A DNA stretch of 64,000 nucleotides from an uncultured Anaerolineales bacterium (GCA_964449275.1 CAYVAM010000001.1:585-64584); one strand, 5' to 3'. Positions 18,532 to 28,912 are shown, counted from the first letter of the stretch. The notes: generated from the letters alone by a model not told the origin. Made by a program: numbers and translations.

Positions 18532-19856
18532 TACTTCCCGCCTTCCGTCGCATCCCGATAGACTTCCATACACGCCTGCCCGGCGTCGGTCCAGGCGAAT
18601 TTGCGGACCTCGAACGCCCCGTGTTCGCGGAGCGTTTTCTGGAGCGGCGGGTGCCGCAGCACCGCCACGATCTTGTTCGCCATCTCATGGATATCCCAGA
18701 AATCAACCTTCAACGCGTGCGTCAGAACCTCGCTCACGCCGCTCTGTTTCGAGATCAGCACCGGCACGTCGTGCTGGAGCGCCTCAAGCGGCGCCAGGCC
18801 GAACGGCTCGCTCACGCTCGGCATCACATACAGGTCGGCCATCTCGAAGACGCGGTCCAGGTCGGCGCCACGGAGGAACCCGGTGAACGTCACGCGGTGG
18901 CCGATGCCCATGGCGGCGGCCAGTTCGATCATCCGCCGGATCATGTCGCCGGAGCCGGCCATGACGAACTTGACGTTGTCCATAACCTCCAGCACCTTCT
19001 TGGCCGCCGCCAGAAAATACTCCGGGCCCTTCTGCATCGTGATGCGGCCGAGGAACAGAACGATCTTGTCGCCTCGCTCGATGCGGTTGACGCTCGTCCG
19101 GACCGGCTCGCCGTTGATGGTGATGGCGTTGTAAATGACGCGGCACTTCGACTTTGGCACGCCGTAGTGCCCGGTCACGATGCCGCGCGTCAGGCGGCTG
19201 ACGCAGATAACGCTCCGTGCCCCGTGCAGGCCGGCGCGTTCCACGTCGTAGACCCGCTGGTTCACGTGCAGGCCGCTTCGGTCGAACTCCGTGGAGTGGA
19301 CGTGCACGACGAGCGGCTTGCCCGTGAGCGCCGCCACGCTCAGGCCGGCCGGGTACGTCATCCAATCGTGCGCGTGGATGACATCGAACTCGTGCCGCCG
19401 CGCTACCTCCGCCACCAGGCGTGCGTACCGGTTGATCTCGCCGAAGAGGTCTCCCGCGTACATGTCCGGCCCGTTCGTGAGACCGAGACTGGTCGGCCCA
19501 TGGGGATCGAGGGCGGCCGCGAAGGCCTCCCCGGCGCTGGCCTGGCCGGCGTGCGTCTCGCGCCGCCGCTCTTCCCGGTATCGCGCTTCGGTCTGGTACG
19601 GGTCGAGGGCTGCGGCCACGGGGATGAGGCGGACGTGTTCCAGTCCCTCGACGGTCCAGTAAGCGGTCCGGCCCGGGTTATCGACCGCCGAGAGAACGTG
19701 GACGCGGTCGACCCGCCCGTCGGCCCCGCCGCGAGGGAGCACGAACAGGATATCCGTACCCAGATCGCTGAGGGCCTTGGTCAGGCCATAGCAGGCGGTC
19801 CCCAGACCGCCGCTTATGAAAGGCGGGAACTCCCACCCCAACATCAGGATTCGCAT
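18531..19856 (-). CDS. Glycosyltransferase family 4 (probable alpha-glucan/glycogen synthase-like)
   Basis: GT4 architecture: N-terminus MRILMLGWEFPPFISGGLGTA. EX7E region (SEPFGLAPLEALQHDVPV). Adjacent to GH57, as in alpha-glucan clusters. Confidence 0.75.
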   Translation of the reverse strand: MRILMLGWEFPPFISGGLGTACYGLTKALSDLGTDILFVLPRGGADGRVDRVHVLSAVDNPGRTAYWTVEGLEHVRLIPVAAALDPYQTEARYREERRRETHAGQASAGEAFAAALDPHGPTSLGLTNGPDMYAGDLFGEINRYARLVAEVARRHEFDVIHAHDWMTYPAGLSVAALTGKPLVVHVHSTEFDRSGLHVNQRVYDVERAGLHGARSVICVSRLTRGIVTGHYGVPKSKCRVIYNAITINGEPVRTSVNRIERGDKIVLFLGRITMQKGPEYFLAAAKKVLEVMDNVKFVMAGSGDMIRRMIELAAAMGIGHRVTFTGFLRGADLDRVFEMADLYVMPSVSEPFGLAPLEALQHDVPVLISKQSGVSEVLTHALKVDFWDIHEMANKIVAVLRHPPLQKTLREHGAFEVRKFAWTDAGQACMEVYRDATEGGK

Positions 19857-20088
19857 CTCGCCAGCCGCCTATGCCCCTCTCGCGCCCCGCCTCCGGCGAA
19901 GCGCGCCCGCAGTACAACCCCTCCGCTTTGCGTCCCTTGCACAAACCGCCACCCTGCCGGTTCACCAACTCCTATTCTATCATTCTATCCCCGGCCCGCA
20001 AGCCTGTCAAACGATAAGACACAATGGCCTCTGTCGCCCCGACCGACCCCCGGCCCGTCATGGCAAGTTTTTCTGGCGAGCGAAGGCG

Positions 20089-20320
20089 GTTGTAGCGCCG
20101 GGCTTTATGCCCGGCGGCCGTTGGCGGCGGCGCCGGCCAGGATGCGCCGGGGATAAACCCCGGCGCTACGGCCAAGGTTGTAGCGCCGGGCTTTATGCCC
20201 GGTCCCGATGTATCGGGATTGGCGGCGGCGCCGGCCACGATGCGCCGGGGATAAACCCCGGCGCTACGGCCAAGCCGCAGGAAATCGTCGCATGCCAGAA
20301 ATCGTTGCCACCCCCCCCCC
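20089..20320. repeat. Two tandem copies of the MITE-like element (20089-20175, 20176-20274) plus the conserved right-flank extension
   Basis: Same TIRs as at 10881. Copy 2 matches copy 1 at 10881 nearly base for base, including the internal tcccgatgtatcgggattggc hairpin. Confidence 0.85.
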
Positions 20321-20438
20321 TGCCCGTCGCGGCAGAATCACCTTGAACCGTCGCCGCACCTGTGGCAGGATGGCCGGAGTAACCTGACGCGGGCCGTGCA
20401 TAGCCCGATTCATCGCGAACGCTGACAGGAGGCAAGAG

Positions 20439-22163
20439 ATGAGACGCCGCCAGTTCCTTCGAACGGTGGGCCTCGGCGCCGCGGCACTCGCGGTGCCGTT
20501 GCGTCGGGTTGCCGCCGCAACGCCGGCCGCGACGCCGGGCATGTCGGGCGCCAAGCCCAACATCATTCTCATCATGTCCGACGACATGGGGTTCTCGGAC
20601 ATCGGGTGCTACGGCAGCGAAATCCATACGCCGAACCTCGACTCGCTCGCCGCCGACGGCGTCCGTTTCACCCAGTTCTACAACACCGCCCGGTGCTGCC
20701 CCACGCGGGCCAGCCTGCTGACCGGCCTGTATCCTCACCAGGCCGGCATCGGCCACATGATGGGCGACCGCCACCTGCCGGGCTATCACGGCGACCTGGG
20801 CAAAAACTGCGTCACCATCGCCGAGGCGGTCAAACCCGCCGGCTATGCCGCCTACATGGCCGGCAAGTGGCACGTCACGCCGCACACCAAACCCGACGGG
20901 CCGAAGTACAACTGGCCGCTCCAGCGCGGCTTCGACCGCTTCTTCGGCACCATCCACGGCGCGGGCTCCTTCTACGACCCCAACACGCTGACGCGCGACA
21001 ATACGCAGATCGCGCCGGACACCAAGGACTTCTACTACACAGACGCCATCAGCGACAATACCGCCAAGTTCATCCTCGACCACAAGCGCGATAAGGACGG
21101 CAAGCCGTTCTTCATGTACGTTGCCTATACCGCCGCCCATTGGCCCATGCACGCCAAGCCACGCGACATCGCCAAGTACAAGGGCCGCTACGACAAGGGC
21201 TGGCACGTCCTTCGCAAGCAGCGCTACGAGCGGATGCAGAAGATGGGCCTCCTGAAGAAACAGTGGGACATGTCGCCCCACGACAGCAAGCCGTGGGACG
21301 AGGTCTCCGACGAGGACAAGAAGTGGCACGTCCGCCGCATGGAAGTCTACGCCGCCATGGTCGATTCGATGGACGCTGGGATCGGCCGCATCATCGACGC
21401 CCTGAAGAAAACCGGCGCCTTCGAGAACACCCTCATCCTGTTCCTCGAGGACAACGGCGGCTGCGCCGAGGAGTACGGCAGCCGCGGGGCCGTCCGGCCC
21501 GACCCGTCGAAGCCGGTCAAACTGAAACCGATGGGGCCGGACGAACTCCAGAGACGGATGCAGCCCGCCGTCACGCGCGACGGCCGCCCCGTCCGCACCG
21601 GTCACGGCGTCATGCCCGGCCCCGCCGACACGTACATCGCCTATGGCAAAGAGTGGGCCAACGTCTCGAACACGCCGTTCCGCATGTACAAGCACTGGGT
21701 GCACGAGGGCGGCATCTCGACGCCGCTCATCGCGCACTGGCCGGCGGCGATTCGCCGAAAGGGCGACCTCGAACGCCAGCCGGGGCATCTCATCGACCTG
21801 ATGACCACCTGCGTGGACGTGGCCGGCGCCGAGTACCCCGCCGAGGCGGGCGGCATCAAAATCACGCCCATGGAAGGCCGCAGCCTCGTCCCCGCCTTCG
21901 CGGGCAAAACCATCCAGCGCGACGCCATCTACTGGGAGCACGAGGGCAACCGGGCCGTCCGCATCGGCAAGTGGAAACTCGTCGCACGCGGCGCCACCGG
22001 CCCGTGGGAACTCTATCGGATGGACGCCGACCGCAGCGAACTGAGCGACCTGGCGTCCGAGCAGCCCGACCGCGTCCGACAGATGGCCGCCCAGTGGGAG
22101 ACGTTCGCCAAAAAGGCTCACATGATCCCCTGGCCCTATAAAGGCAAGTACGCAGGCAAGTAA
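20439..22163 (+). CDS. Arylsulfatase, Cys-type, Tat-secreted
   Basis: Twin-arginine signal (MRRRQFLRTVGLGAAALA). Sulfatase CxPxR motif (CCPTRASLLTG). Also SDDMGFSD and GKWH. AGGAGG RBS is present. Confidence 0.85.
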   Translation: MRRRQFLRTVGLGAAALAVPLRRVAAATPAATPGMSGAKPNIILIMSDDMGFSDIGCYGSEIHTPNLDSLAADGVRFTQFYNTARCCPTRASLLTGLYPHQAGIGHMMGDRHLPGYHGDLGKNCVTIAEAVKPAGYAAYMAGKWHVTPHTKPDGPKYNWPLQRGFDRFFGTIHGAGSFYDPNTLTRDNTQIAPDTKDFYYTDAISDNTAKFILDHKRDKDGKPFFMYVAYTAAHWPMHAKPRDIAKYKGRYDKGWHVLRKQRYERMQKMGLLKKQWDMSPHDSKPWDEVSDEDKKWHVRRMEVYAAMVDSMDAGIGRIIDALKKTGAFENTLILFLEDNGGCAEEYGSRGAVRPDPSKPVKLKPMGPDELQRRMQPAVTRDGRPVRTGHGVMPGPADTYIAYGKEWANVSNTPFRMYKHWVHEGGISTPLIAHWPAAIRRKGDLERQPGHLIDLMTTCVDVAGAEYPAEAGGIKITPMEGRSLVPAFAGKTIQRDAIYWEHEGNRAVRIGKWKLVARGATGPWELYRMDADRSELSDLASEQPDRVRQMAAQWETFAKKAHMIPWPYKGKYAGK

Positions 22164-22281
22164 CGTGGTTAGCCGGCGGGCTTTGCGCGGCGGGTCAGGA
22201 GACCCGCCGCGCATAATGGGCAGCGCGTCGTCATCGAACTCGGCAAGTAACCTGGTTAGCCGGCGGGCTTGCCCGCCGCGC
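22163..22281. repeat. REP-like palindromes duplicating the sulfatase 3' end: cgtggTTAGCCGGCGGGC...CCCGCCGCG, with the nested palindrome GCGCGGCGGGTCAGGAGACCCGCCGCGC
   Basis: Copies are at 22163-22210, with a 19-bp nested insertion, and at 22250-22281. Both are preceded by a recopied ggcaagtaac stop-codon segment. Confidence 0.8.
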
Positions 22282-22305
22282 ATCTGTTACGAAAGCGAGC
22301 ATCGC

Positions 22306-24393
22306 GTGAAGCGCCGCCAGTTCCTCAAAGCAGCCGGCCTTGGCGCGGCCACGCTGGTCGCGGCCTGTGCGCGGGCCACCCGGGCCGAGACGCCCGCACG
22401 CCGGCCCAACTTCATCATCTTTCTCACCGACGACCAGGGGTACAACGACGTCGGATGTTTCGGCTCCCCCCAGATTCGCACGCCGCACTTCGACCGCATG
22501 GCCGCCGAGGGGATGAAGTTCACGAGTTTCTACGCCCAGGCGGTGTGCGGCCCGTCGCGCGCCGCCATCATGACCGGCTGCTACCCCATCCGCGTGGCGG
22601 AACCGGGCAACCGGAAGAACCAGCACACGATCCTGCACCCGCGCGAAATCACCATCGCCGAGGTCCTGAAAGGCGCCGGCTACGCCACGGCCTGCATCGG
22701 CAAGTGGCACCTTGCCGGAAGCGGTGGCGGCCGCGGACGCGGACCGTTCCCGCCGGAACTCATGCCCACGGCCCAGGGCTTCGACAGTTTCTTCGGGACG
22801 CCGCTCCACAACGGCTTTACGCGGGAACCCGACCCCAAGAGATTCGTCACCGAACTGATGCGCGGCAGCGCGGTCATCGAGTCCCCCGCCAACATGGACC
22901 TCCTGACGAAACGCTACACCGAGGAGGCGATCCGGTTCATCCGAACGAACCAGGACCGGCCGTTCTTCCTGTACCTGGCACACAACATGCCGCACGTCCC
23001 GCTGGGCGCGTCGAAGGCGTTCCGCGGCCGCTCGCCGCGCGGCCTGTACGGCGACGTCATCGAGGAACTGGACGCCGGCGCCGGCCGCGTCATCGAGACG
23101 CTCAAGGAACTCGGCCTCGACGAGCACACGCTCATCGTCTTCACCTCCGACAACGGCCCGTGGATCGAGAAACACATCGGCAATTACGCCGGCAGTGCCG
23201 ACCCGCTTCGAGGCTCGAAGATGATGACCTGGGACGGCGGCCTGCGCGTCCCCTGCATCATGCGATGGCCCGGCAAGGTCCCCGCCGGCAAAGTCAGCGG
23301 CCAAATCGTCACCACGATGGACCTCCTGCCGACATTCGCCCGCCTGGCCGGCGCCGACCTGCCCGACGACCGCACCATCGACGGGGTGGACCTCCGGCCC
23401 CTCATCACCGGCCGACCCGGCGCGGCGAGCCCCCGCGAAGCGTTCTACTACTACTGCTTCACGCACCTCCAGGGCGTCCGGAGCGGCAAGTGGAAACTCG
23501 TTCTCTCGCGCCCCGCGCGGCCGCCGTGGACCGGGTGGTCCGCACGGATGGTCGACGCCGTCCCACAGACGCAACTCTACGACCTGGAGGCCGACGTCGA
23601 AGAGAAGCATGACGTGGCCGACCGCCACCCCGAGATCGTCGCCCGGTTGACGGCCCTTGTCGAGAAGGCCCGCGACGACCTCGGCGACTACGACCGCGTC
23701 GGCAAGGGCGCCCGCTTCTTCGACGGTCCGCCCCCGGCATCGGCCGACCGGCGCGACGGACGGCGCGGGGCTCCCCGCGTCAAGGTCGTCTACGACCATC
23801 CCCCGCCCGTCGGCAACCTGCGATGGGACTTCGAGAGCGGCGACCTACAGGGCTGGAAGGTTGTCGAGGGCGCCTTCGAGGCCCTCGTAAGCGACCGCCC
23901 ACGGTTTCATCACCTGAACGGCGCCGCCAAGCACAACAAACAGGGCCGGTACTTCCTGACCACGCTCGAACGCGCCGCCGGCGGAAAGGGGAAGGACGCA
24001 CAGACCGGCGTTGTCGAATCGCCCGTCTTCACGCTCCGCGGGTCGAAGATGTCGTTCCTGGTGGGTGGCGGCCGCCACGCCGACACGTACGTTGCCCTCT
24101 GCGACGCCGCCGGCGGCAAGGAACTCATCAAGGCCCGCGGCGCCAACAGCGAGGCCATGCTGCGGGTCACCTGGGACGTCGCCCCCTACAGGGGCCGCAA
24201 ACTCTTTCTTCGCATCGTGGACGCAAACACCGGCGGTTGGGGACACGTGACCTTCGACGACTTCTCCACCGAGGGGACAATCGACGCAAAGGCGACGGCC
24301 GGGCCAAGGGTGCGGCAAGGCACGCCTTGTTCTACGGGCGAAACGCGCCTTTGCACCGTACGGACCGCGCCAAAGGCGGATATAGTGTTGTAG
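22306..24393 (+). CDS. Sulfatase (Cys-type, Tat-secreted) with a C-terminal ConA/LamG-like beta-sandwich domain
   Basis: Tat signal (VKRRQFLKAAGLGAATLVAACARA). CxPxR motif (CGPSRAAIMTG). The roughly 250-aa C-terminal extension reads GWKVVEGAFEA...FLRIVDANTGGWGHVTFDDF. The start is uncertain. GTG 22306 is chosen because the track start 22165 translates the REP palindromes. Confidence 0.7.
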   Translation: MKRRQFLKAAGLGAATLVAACARATRAETPARRPNFIIFLTDDQGYNDVGCFGSPQIRTPHFDRMAAEGMKFTSFYAQAVCGPSRAAIMTGCYPIRVAEPGNRKNQHTILHPREITIAEVLKGAGYATACIGKWHLAGSGGGRGRGPFPPELMPTAQGFDSFFGTPLHNGFTREPDPKRFVTELMRGSAVIESPANMDLLTKRYTEEAIRFIRTNQDRPFFLYLAHNMPHVPLGASKAFRGRSPRGLYGDVIEELDAGAGRVIETLKELGLDEHTLIVFTSDNGPWIEKHIGNYAGSADPLRGSKMMTWDGGLRVPCIMRWPGKVPAGKVSGQIVTTMDLLPTFARLAGADLPDDRTIDGVDLRPLITGRPGAASPREAFYYYCFTHLQGVRSGKWKLVLSRPARPPWTGWSARMVDAVPQTQLYDLEADVEEKHDVADRHPEIVARLTALVEKARDDLGDYDRVGKGARFFDGPPPASADRRDGRRGAPRVKVVYDHPPPVGNLRWDFESGDLQGWKVVEGAFEALVSDRPRFHHLNGAAKHNKQGRYFLTTLERAAGGKGKDAQTGVVESPVFTLRGSKMSFLVGGGRHADTYVALCDAAGGKELIKARGANSEAMLRVTWDVAPYRGRKLFLRIVDANTGGWGHVTFDDFSTEGTIDAKATAGPRVRQGTPCSTGETRLCTVRTAPKADIVL

Positions 24394-24492
24394 TATTATC
24401 GGACTCAGTATTTGCACAACGGGGCAACCGGCCCGGGAGGCCCACCGCGCCGGCCTGAGATATGAAATCTGCGATCCGCAGCCCGAGGTGTC

Positions 24493-26139
24493 CTACGGCG
24501 TCGTCTTTCGCACCTCTTCCTTGATCCGCTGGATGTGACCGCGGCCGAGGGCCTTGACCTCGCACCCCAGTTCAAAGTACCGGCGGATGGCCGCGTCCGA
24601 CAGGATGCCGAAGCAATCGACGACGGCCAGGGGCCCGCCGGCCCACGCGACCACGTCGTCCGGCGCCAGGTCCAGGTACGGAGCGTGCCGGACGGCCAGG
24701 ACGACGGCCTCGGCGCCTTCGATGGCGGTCTTCAGGTCCTTCTCGACCCGCAGGTTCACGAGGTCTTCCTGGTTCCGGAAGAAGCGTGCCAGCGAGCGGC
24801 CCGGCGCCGGATAGGTGTCCTGCTTCTCCAGTTCGTACCAGTGGTCCACGTACGGGTCGTGGACGTGCATCTCGGCGCCCATTTCGGTCAGTTTGCGTAC
24901 GACGAGTTCGGAGCCGGAGTAGCGTGTGTCGCCGACGTCCTCGCGGTAACTGGCGCCCAGGAGGAGGACGCGGGCGCCGGCGATGTATCGGCCCATGTTC
25001 CGCAGGCCGTCGCGCACCAGTTCCGCCGCATGCAGGGCACGCGTATCGTTGACGTCGATGGCCGTGGGGGTGATCTTGAACACGCGGTCCTGGTCCTCGA
25101 ATCCCAGGACGTGCTTGTACGCCCAGTACCCCAGGCCGCCGTCCTTCGGCAGGCAGTACCCGCCGATGCCCGGGCCGGGAAAGATGATGTTCGAGTGCGT
25201 CGGCCGCACCTTGATCGCCTTGTACACCTTGATGAGGTCCACGCCGTTGCGTTCGGCGAAGAGGCTCCACTCATGGAGGAACGCGAGGATCGTCGCGCGG
25301 TATGAGTTCTCGACGATCTTCGTGGTCTCCGACTCGATGGGCCGGTCCATGACGGTCAGCGGGAACTCGTCGGTGTTGAGGACTTCGTCGAGGAACTTGA
25401 CGACCCTCTGGCGGGCCTCGGGGGTGCACCCCGAGCAGACGCGCCAGAAGTCGCGGATGCTCTTGACGTACTCGCGGCCGGGCATCACGCGCTCGAAGGA
25501 GTGGGCCAGGACGGGTTCCGATTCGATCCCCCGCGCCCGGAAGGCCTTGCGCATGATCGGCATCGCCACGAACTCGGTCGTCCCCGGCGCGACGGTCGTC
25601 TCGATCAGGACCAGGCAGTGCGGAGAGACGTTCTCGCCGATGACCCGCATGGTGGTCTCCAGCGCCGCCATGTCGGTCTCGCCGGAGCGCATGTTCCCCA
25701 GGTCGTTCTTCAAGTAGTCGCACTGAACGTCCACGACGACGCAGTCGGCCAACCGGAGGCAGTCGCTTGCGAACGTGGCGGTCAGGGTCTTTTTTTCGAG
25801 GACGCACCGGGCGATCATCGGCTCGACTTCCGGGTCCTCCGCCTTGACGGGCGAGACCCCGCGGTTCAGCACCGGGATCTTCCAGTAACTGCGCACGCTT
25901 GGCCGCTGGCATCCGATGACGAACTTGGACGGCTTGCCGGTCGTCTTATCGACCGTGTCGGCGATGATGGCCGCCATGACGGCGCCGACGAACCCCACGC
26001 CCATGACGACGACGATCTCCTTGTCTTCGGCCCGGGCCGCCGCGACGAGCCGTTCGAGACGCTCCATCTCGGGAGCGTACTCGTCCGGACCCGGAATGGC
26101 GAACGTCTCTCCGTCGGGACTGACGGCATGGTCCGGCAT
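24493..26139 (-). CDS. Nucleotide-sugar dehydrogenase (UDP-glucose/GDP-mannose dehydrogenase family)
   Basis: Rossmann N-terminus (VVVMGVGFVGAVMAA). Catalytic Cys motif GPGIGGYCLPKD. AGGAGA RBS is present. Confidence 0.75.
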   Translation of the reverse strand: MPDHAVSPDGETFAIPGPDEYAPEMERLERLVAAARAEDKEIVVVMGVGFVGAVMAAIIADTVDKTTGKPSKFVIGCQRPSVRSYWKIPVLNRGVSPVKAEDPEVEPMIARCVLEKKTLTATFASDCLRLADCVVVDVQCDYLKNDLGNMRSGETDMAALETTMRVIGENVSPHCLVLIETTVAPGTTEFVAMPIMRKAFRARGIESEPVLAHSFERVMPGREYVKSIRDFWRVCSGCTPEARQRVVKFLDEVLNTDEFPLTVMDRPIESETTKIVENSYRATILAFLHEWSLFAERNGVDLIKVYKAIKVRPTHSNIIFPGPGIGGYCLPKDGGLGYWAYKHVLGFEDQDRVFKITPTAIDVNDTRALHAAELVRDGLRNMGRYIAGARVLLLGASYREDVGDTRYSGSELVVRKLTEMGAEMHVHDPYVDHWYELEKQDTYPAPGRSLARFFRNQEDLVNLRVEKDLKTAIEGAEAVVLAVRHAPYLDLAPDDVVAWAGGPLAVVDCFGILSDAAIRRYFELGCEVKALGRGHIQRIKEEVRKTTP

Positions 26140-26317
26140 GGTCTGTCTCCTGGGATTGAAATCTTCCGGTCTTGCGTCGCCCTCTACGCCTCGTGCATTC
26201 TATCGGCCGCCGGCGACGCCCGCCATGAGTTGGCTTGCCAGCGTTTGCCGCCGGACGGGACCGGCGCGGGACGCGCCGCGTGGACATCAGCGCCGCGCGC
26301 GGCTATGATGATGGCGA

Positions 26318-28912
26318 GTGGCCAAACCGTTTTCGAGGGGAACCGCCGTGCGCACACGAACCGCCGTCATCGTTGTGACAGTGCTTCTGCTCGCAACCGG
26401 CGCCGCCCTTGCCGCCGGGAAGCACACGGCGCTCACCATCCACTGCGAGATCGGCAGTTGGATCATCTACGACTACGTCCTGCTGACGACCGACCCCAAG
26501 CCGCCGAAACTGACGAGCGAGAGCGATACGCTCCTCGAAGAAGCCCTCGCCGGACCGATGGCCGGCGCCGGCGACATCATCTTCGCGGAACGGCCCGCCG
26601 GTCCCGACCCACACTGGTACGCCAACATCAGTTACTACGCCGAGGACGCCAGTCGCAAGACCTACGTTCCCGGCGGCCGCCTCTGCCGCATGAATCTCAG
26701 GACCGGCAAGGTCAAGGTTCTCTTGGAGGACATGCAGGGCAACGTTCGCGACCCGCACGTCCACTACGGCGGCAAGAAGATCCTGTTCTCCTACCGCAAG
26801 GGCGGCGGTGACCACTACCACCTGTACGAGATCGGCGCCGACGGCGCCGGCCTCCGGCAACTCACCCGCGGCGACTACGACGATTACGAGGCCATCTACC
26901 TGCCGGACGACGACATTATGTTCGTCTCCACACGCTGCAAGCGCTGGGTCAACTGTTGGCTCACGCAGGTCGGCGTCCTGTACCGCTGCGGGCCCAACGG
27001 CGAGAACATCCGCATGGTCTCCTCGAACAACGAGCACGACAACACCCCCTGGCCGCTGCACGACGGCACCATCCTTTACACGCGGTGGGAATACGTGGAC
27101 CGCAGCCAGGTACATTACCATCACCTGTGGATCATCAACCCCGACGGCACCGGCCAGATGGCCTATTACGGCAACATGCACGGCGGCATCGTGATGATCG
27201 ACTCGAAGCCGATTCCAGGGACAGGGATGGTCGTCTCGATCTTCTCGCCAGGCCACGGACGCCGCGAGCACGACGGGCCGGTGACGATCCTCGATCCGCG
27301 CGGCGGGCCGGACGCCCGTCCCCTGGCCCGGACGATCAGCCGGGGCTCGAACTTCCGCGACCCGTATCCGTTCTCGGAGGACTGTTTCCTCGTGGCGCGC
27401 GGCCACGAACTTCTCCTGATGAACGGTCGCGGCGCCACGACAACGCTCTTCACGCTGCCGGAAGCCGACCGCAAGGCGCGCCTCCAGTTGCACGAACCGC
27501 GTCCGCTTCGCGCGCGGCCGCGCGAGCCCGTCATCCCGCCGCGCATCGAGCCGGAAGAGCAGACCGGCCGCCTGATGCTCGTCGATGTACGCCACGGCCG
27601 CAACATGGCCGGCGTCAAGCCCGGCGAGATCACACGGCTGCTCATCCTCGAAACGCTGCCGAAACCGATCAACTTCACGGGCGGCATGGAGCCCATGAGT
27701 TATGGCGGCACGTTCACACTGGAGCGAGTCCTGGGCACGGTGCCGGTCGAGCCGGACGGGTCGGCGTACTTTGAGGCGCCGGCGCTTCGGAGCCTGATCT
27801 TCGTGGCCCTCGACTCCGGCAACCTGGCCGTCAAGCGGATGCAGAGTTTCGTCACGCTCCAGCCCGGTGAGACGACCGGCTGTGTCGGCTGCCACGAGAA
27901 CCGGACCGACCGGCCGGTGCAACTCGCGCGCCGTGCGGCGTTTCGCCGGACGCCGAGCAAAATCCGGCCCGTCACCGGCGTGCCCGACGTGCTCGACTTC
28001 CCGCGCGACATCCAGCCGATCCTCGACCGGCACTGCGTGAAGTGCCACGGCTACGAGAAGACCCAGGCCGGCGGGCCGCGCTCGGGCGGCGTCATCCTGA
28101 CCGCCGACCGCGGGCCGATGTTCTCGCACAGTTACTTCACCCTCTCGGCCCGGCGCCAGATGGCCGACGGACGCAACCTCCCCAAGAGCAACTACCCGCC
28201 GCGCGGCCTCGGCAGCGCCGCCGCGCCACTGATGAAGAGGGTCCTCACCGGGAAAATCGGCGCCAAATCCTCGGACCGCGAAAAGACGATCCTGCGACTC
28301 TGGATCGACACCGGCGCGCCGTACCCCGGCACGTACGCGGCCCTGGGAACCGGCATGATAGGCGGCTACGCGCGGAACCACCTCGACCGGTCCGATACGA
28401 AATGGCCGAGCATGGTGGCGCTGGCCGAGGTCGAGAAGCGCCGCTGCGGCTCCTGTCACACCAAGCGCCTCAGACTGCCCGCCTCGCCGTCCGACAACAT
28501 GGCCATGCCGCCGTGGGCCGTCCGATACGGTGACCCGCGGCTCAGGTTCTCCCGGCACATCCTCTACAACCTGACGCGGCCGGAGAAGTCGTTGCTGCTG
28601 CTCGCGCCGCTGGCCAAGGACGCCGGCGGGTTCGGCACCTGCAAGAACGGGAAGGAGACGGCACGCGTTTTCGCCGACACGAGCGACGCCGACTATCAGA
28701 AACTTCTGGCCGCCGTCCGAGACACCGCCAAGCGCCTGAGCGAGATCAAGCGGTTCGACATGGCAGGCTTCCAGCCCCGGCCGGCCTATCTGCGCGAAAT
28801 GAAACGCTACGGCCTGCTCCCGAAAGACCAGGCCGACGGCGTGCCGGTGGACTACTACGCCCTCGAGCAGAAATACTGGCGCTCGTTCTGGCACGAGCCG
28901 GCCGCACAATAG
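26318..28912 (+). CDS. Secreted TolB-like beta-propeller protein with C-terminal c-type cytochrome (3 x CxxCH) domains
   Basis: Signal peptide. PD40-like repeats. Three CxxCH motifs (CVGCH, CVKCH, CGSCH), planctomycete PSCyt-like. The start may instead be GTG 26348, which has a GAGGGG RBS. Confidence 0.55.
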   Translation: MAKPFSRGTAVRTRTAVIVVTVLLLATGAALAAGKHTALTIHCEIGSWIIYDYVLLTTDPKPPKLTSESDTLLEEALAGPMAGAGDIIFAERPAGPDPHWYANISYYAEDASRKTYVPGGRLCRMNLRTGKVKVLLEDMQGNVRDPHVHYGGKKILFSYRKGGGDHYHLYEIGADGAGLRQLTRGDYDDYEAIYLPDDDIMFVSTRCKRWVNCWLTQVGVLYRCGPNGENIRMVSSNNEHDNTPWPLHDGTILYTRWEYVDRSQVHYHHLWIINPDGTGQMAYYGNMHGGIVMIDSKPIPGTGMVVSIFSPGHGRREHDGPVTILDPRGGPDARPLARTISRGSNFRDPYPFSEDCFLVARGHELLLMNGRGATTTLFTLPEADRKARLQLHEPRPLRARPREPVIPPRIEPEEQTGRLMLVDVRHGRNMAGVKPGEITRLLILETLPKPINFTGGMEPMSYGGTFTLERVLGTVPVEPDGSAYFEAPALRSLIFVALDSGNLAVKRMQSFVTLQPGETTGCVGCHENRTDRPVQLARRAAFRRTPSKIRPVTGVPDVLDFPRDIQPILDRHCVKCHGYEKTQAGGPRSGGVILTADRGPMFSHSYFTLSARRQMADGRNLPKSNYPPRGLGSAAAPLMKRVLTGKIGAKSSDREKTILRLWIDTGAPYPGTYAALGTGMIGGYARNHLDRSDTKWPSMVALAEVEKRRCGSCHTKRLRLPASPSDNMAMPPWAVRYGDPRLRFSRHILYNLTRPEKSLLLLAPLAKDAGGFGTCKNGKETARVFADTSDADYQKLLAAVRDTAKRLSEIKRFDMAGFQPRPAYLREMKRYGLLPKDQADGVPVDYYALEQKYWRSFWHEPAAQ

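Noticed and set aside
20193-22283. 696-aa minus-strand ORF antisense to sulfatase-1
   Set aside because: The sense strand has unmistakable sulfatase motifs (CCPTRAS, Tat signal). This ORF also runs through the MITE and REP repeats.
22165-22305. Upstream extension of the sulfatase-2 ORF to 22165 or ATG 22216
   Set aside because: The extension translates the two REP palindromes and overlaps the sulfatase-1 stop. A Tat signal peptide needs RRQFLK near the N-terminus, so GTG 22306 is preferred but uncertain.
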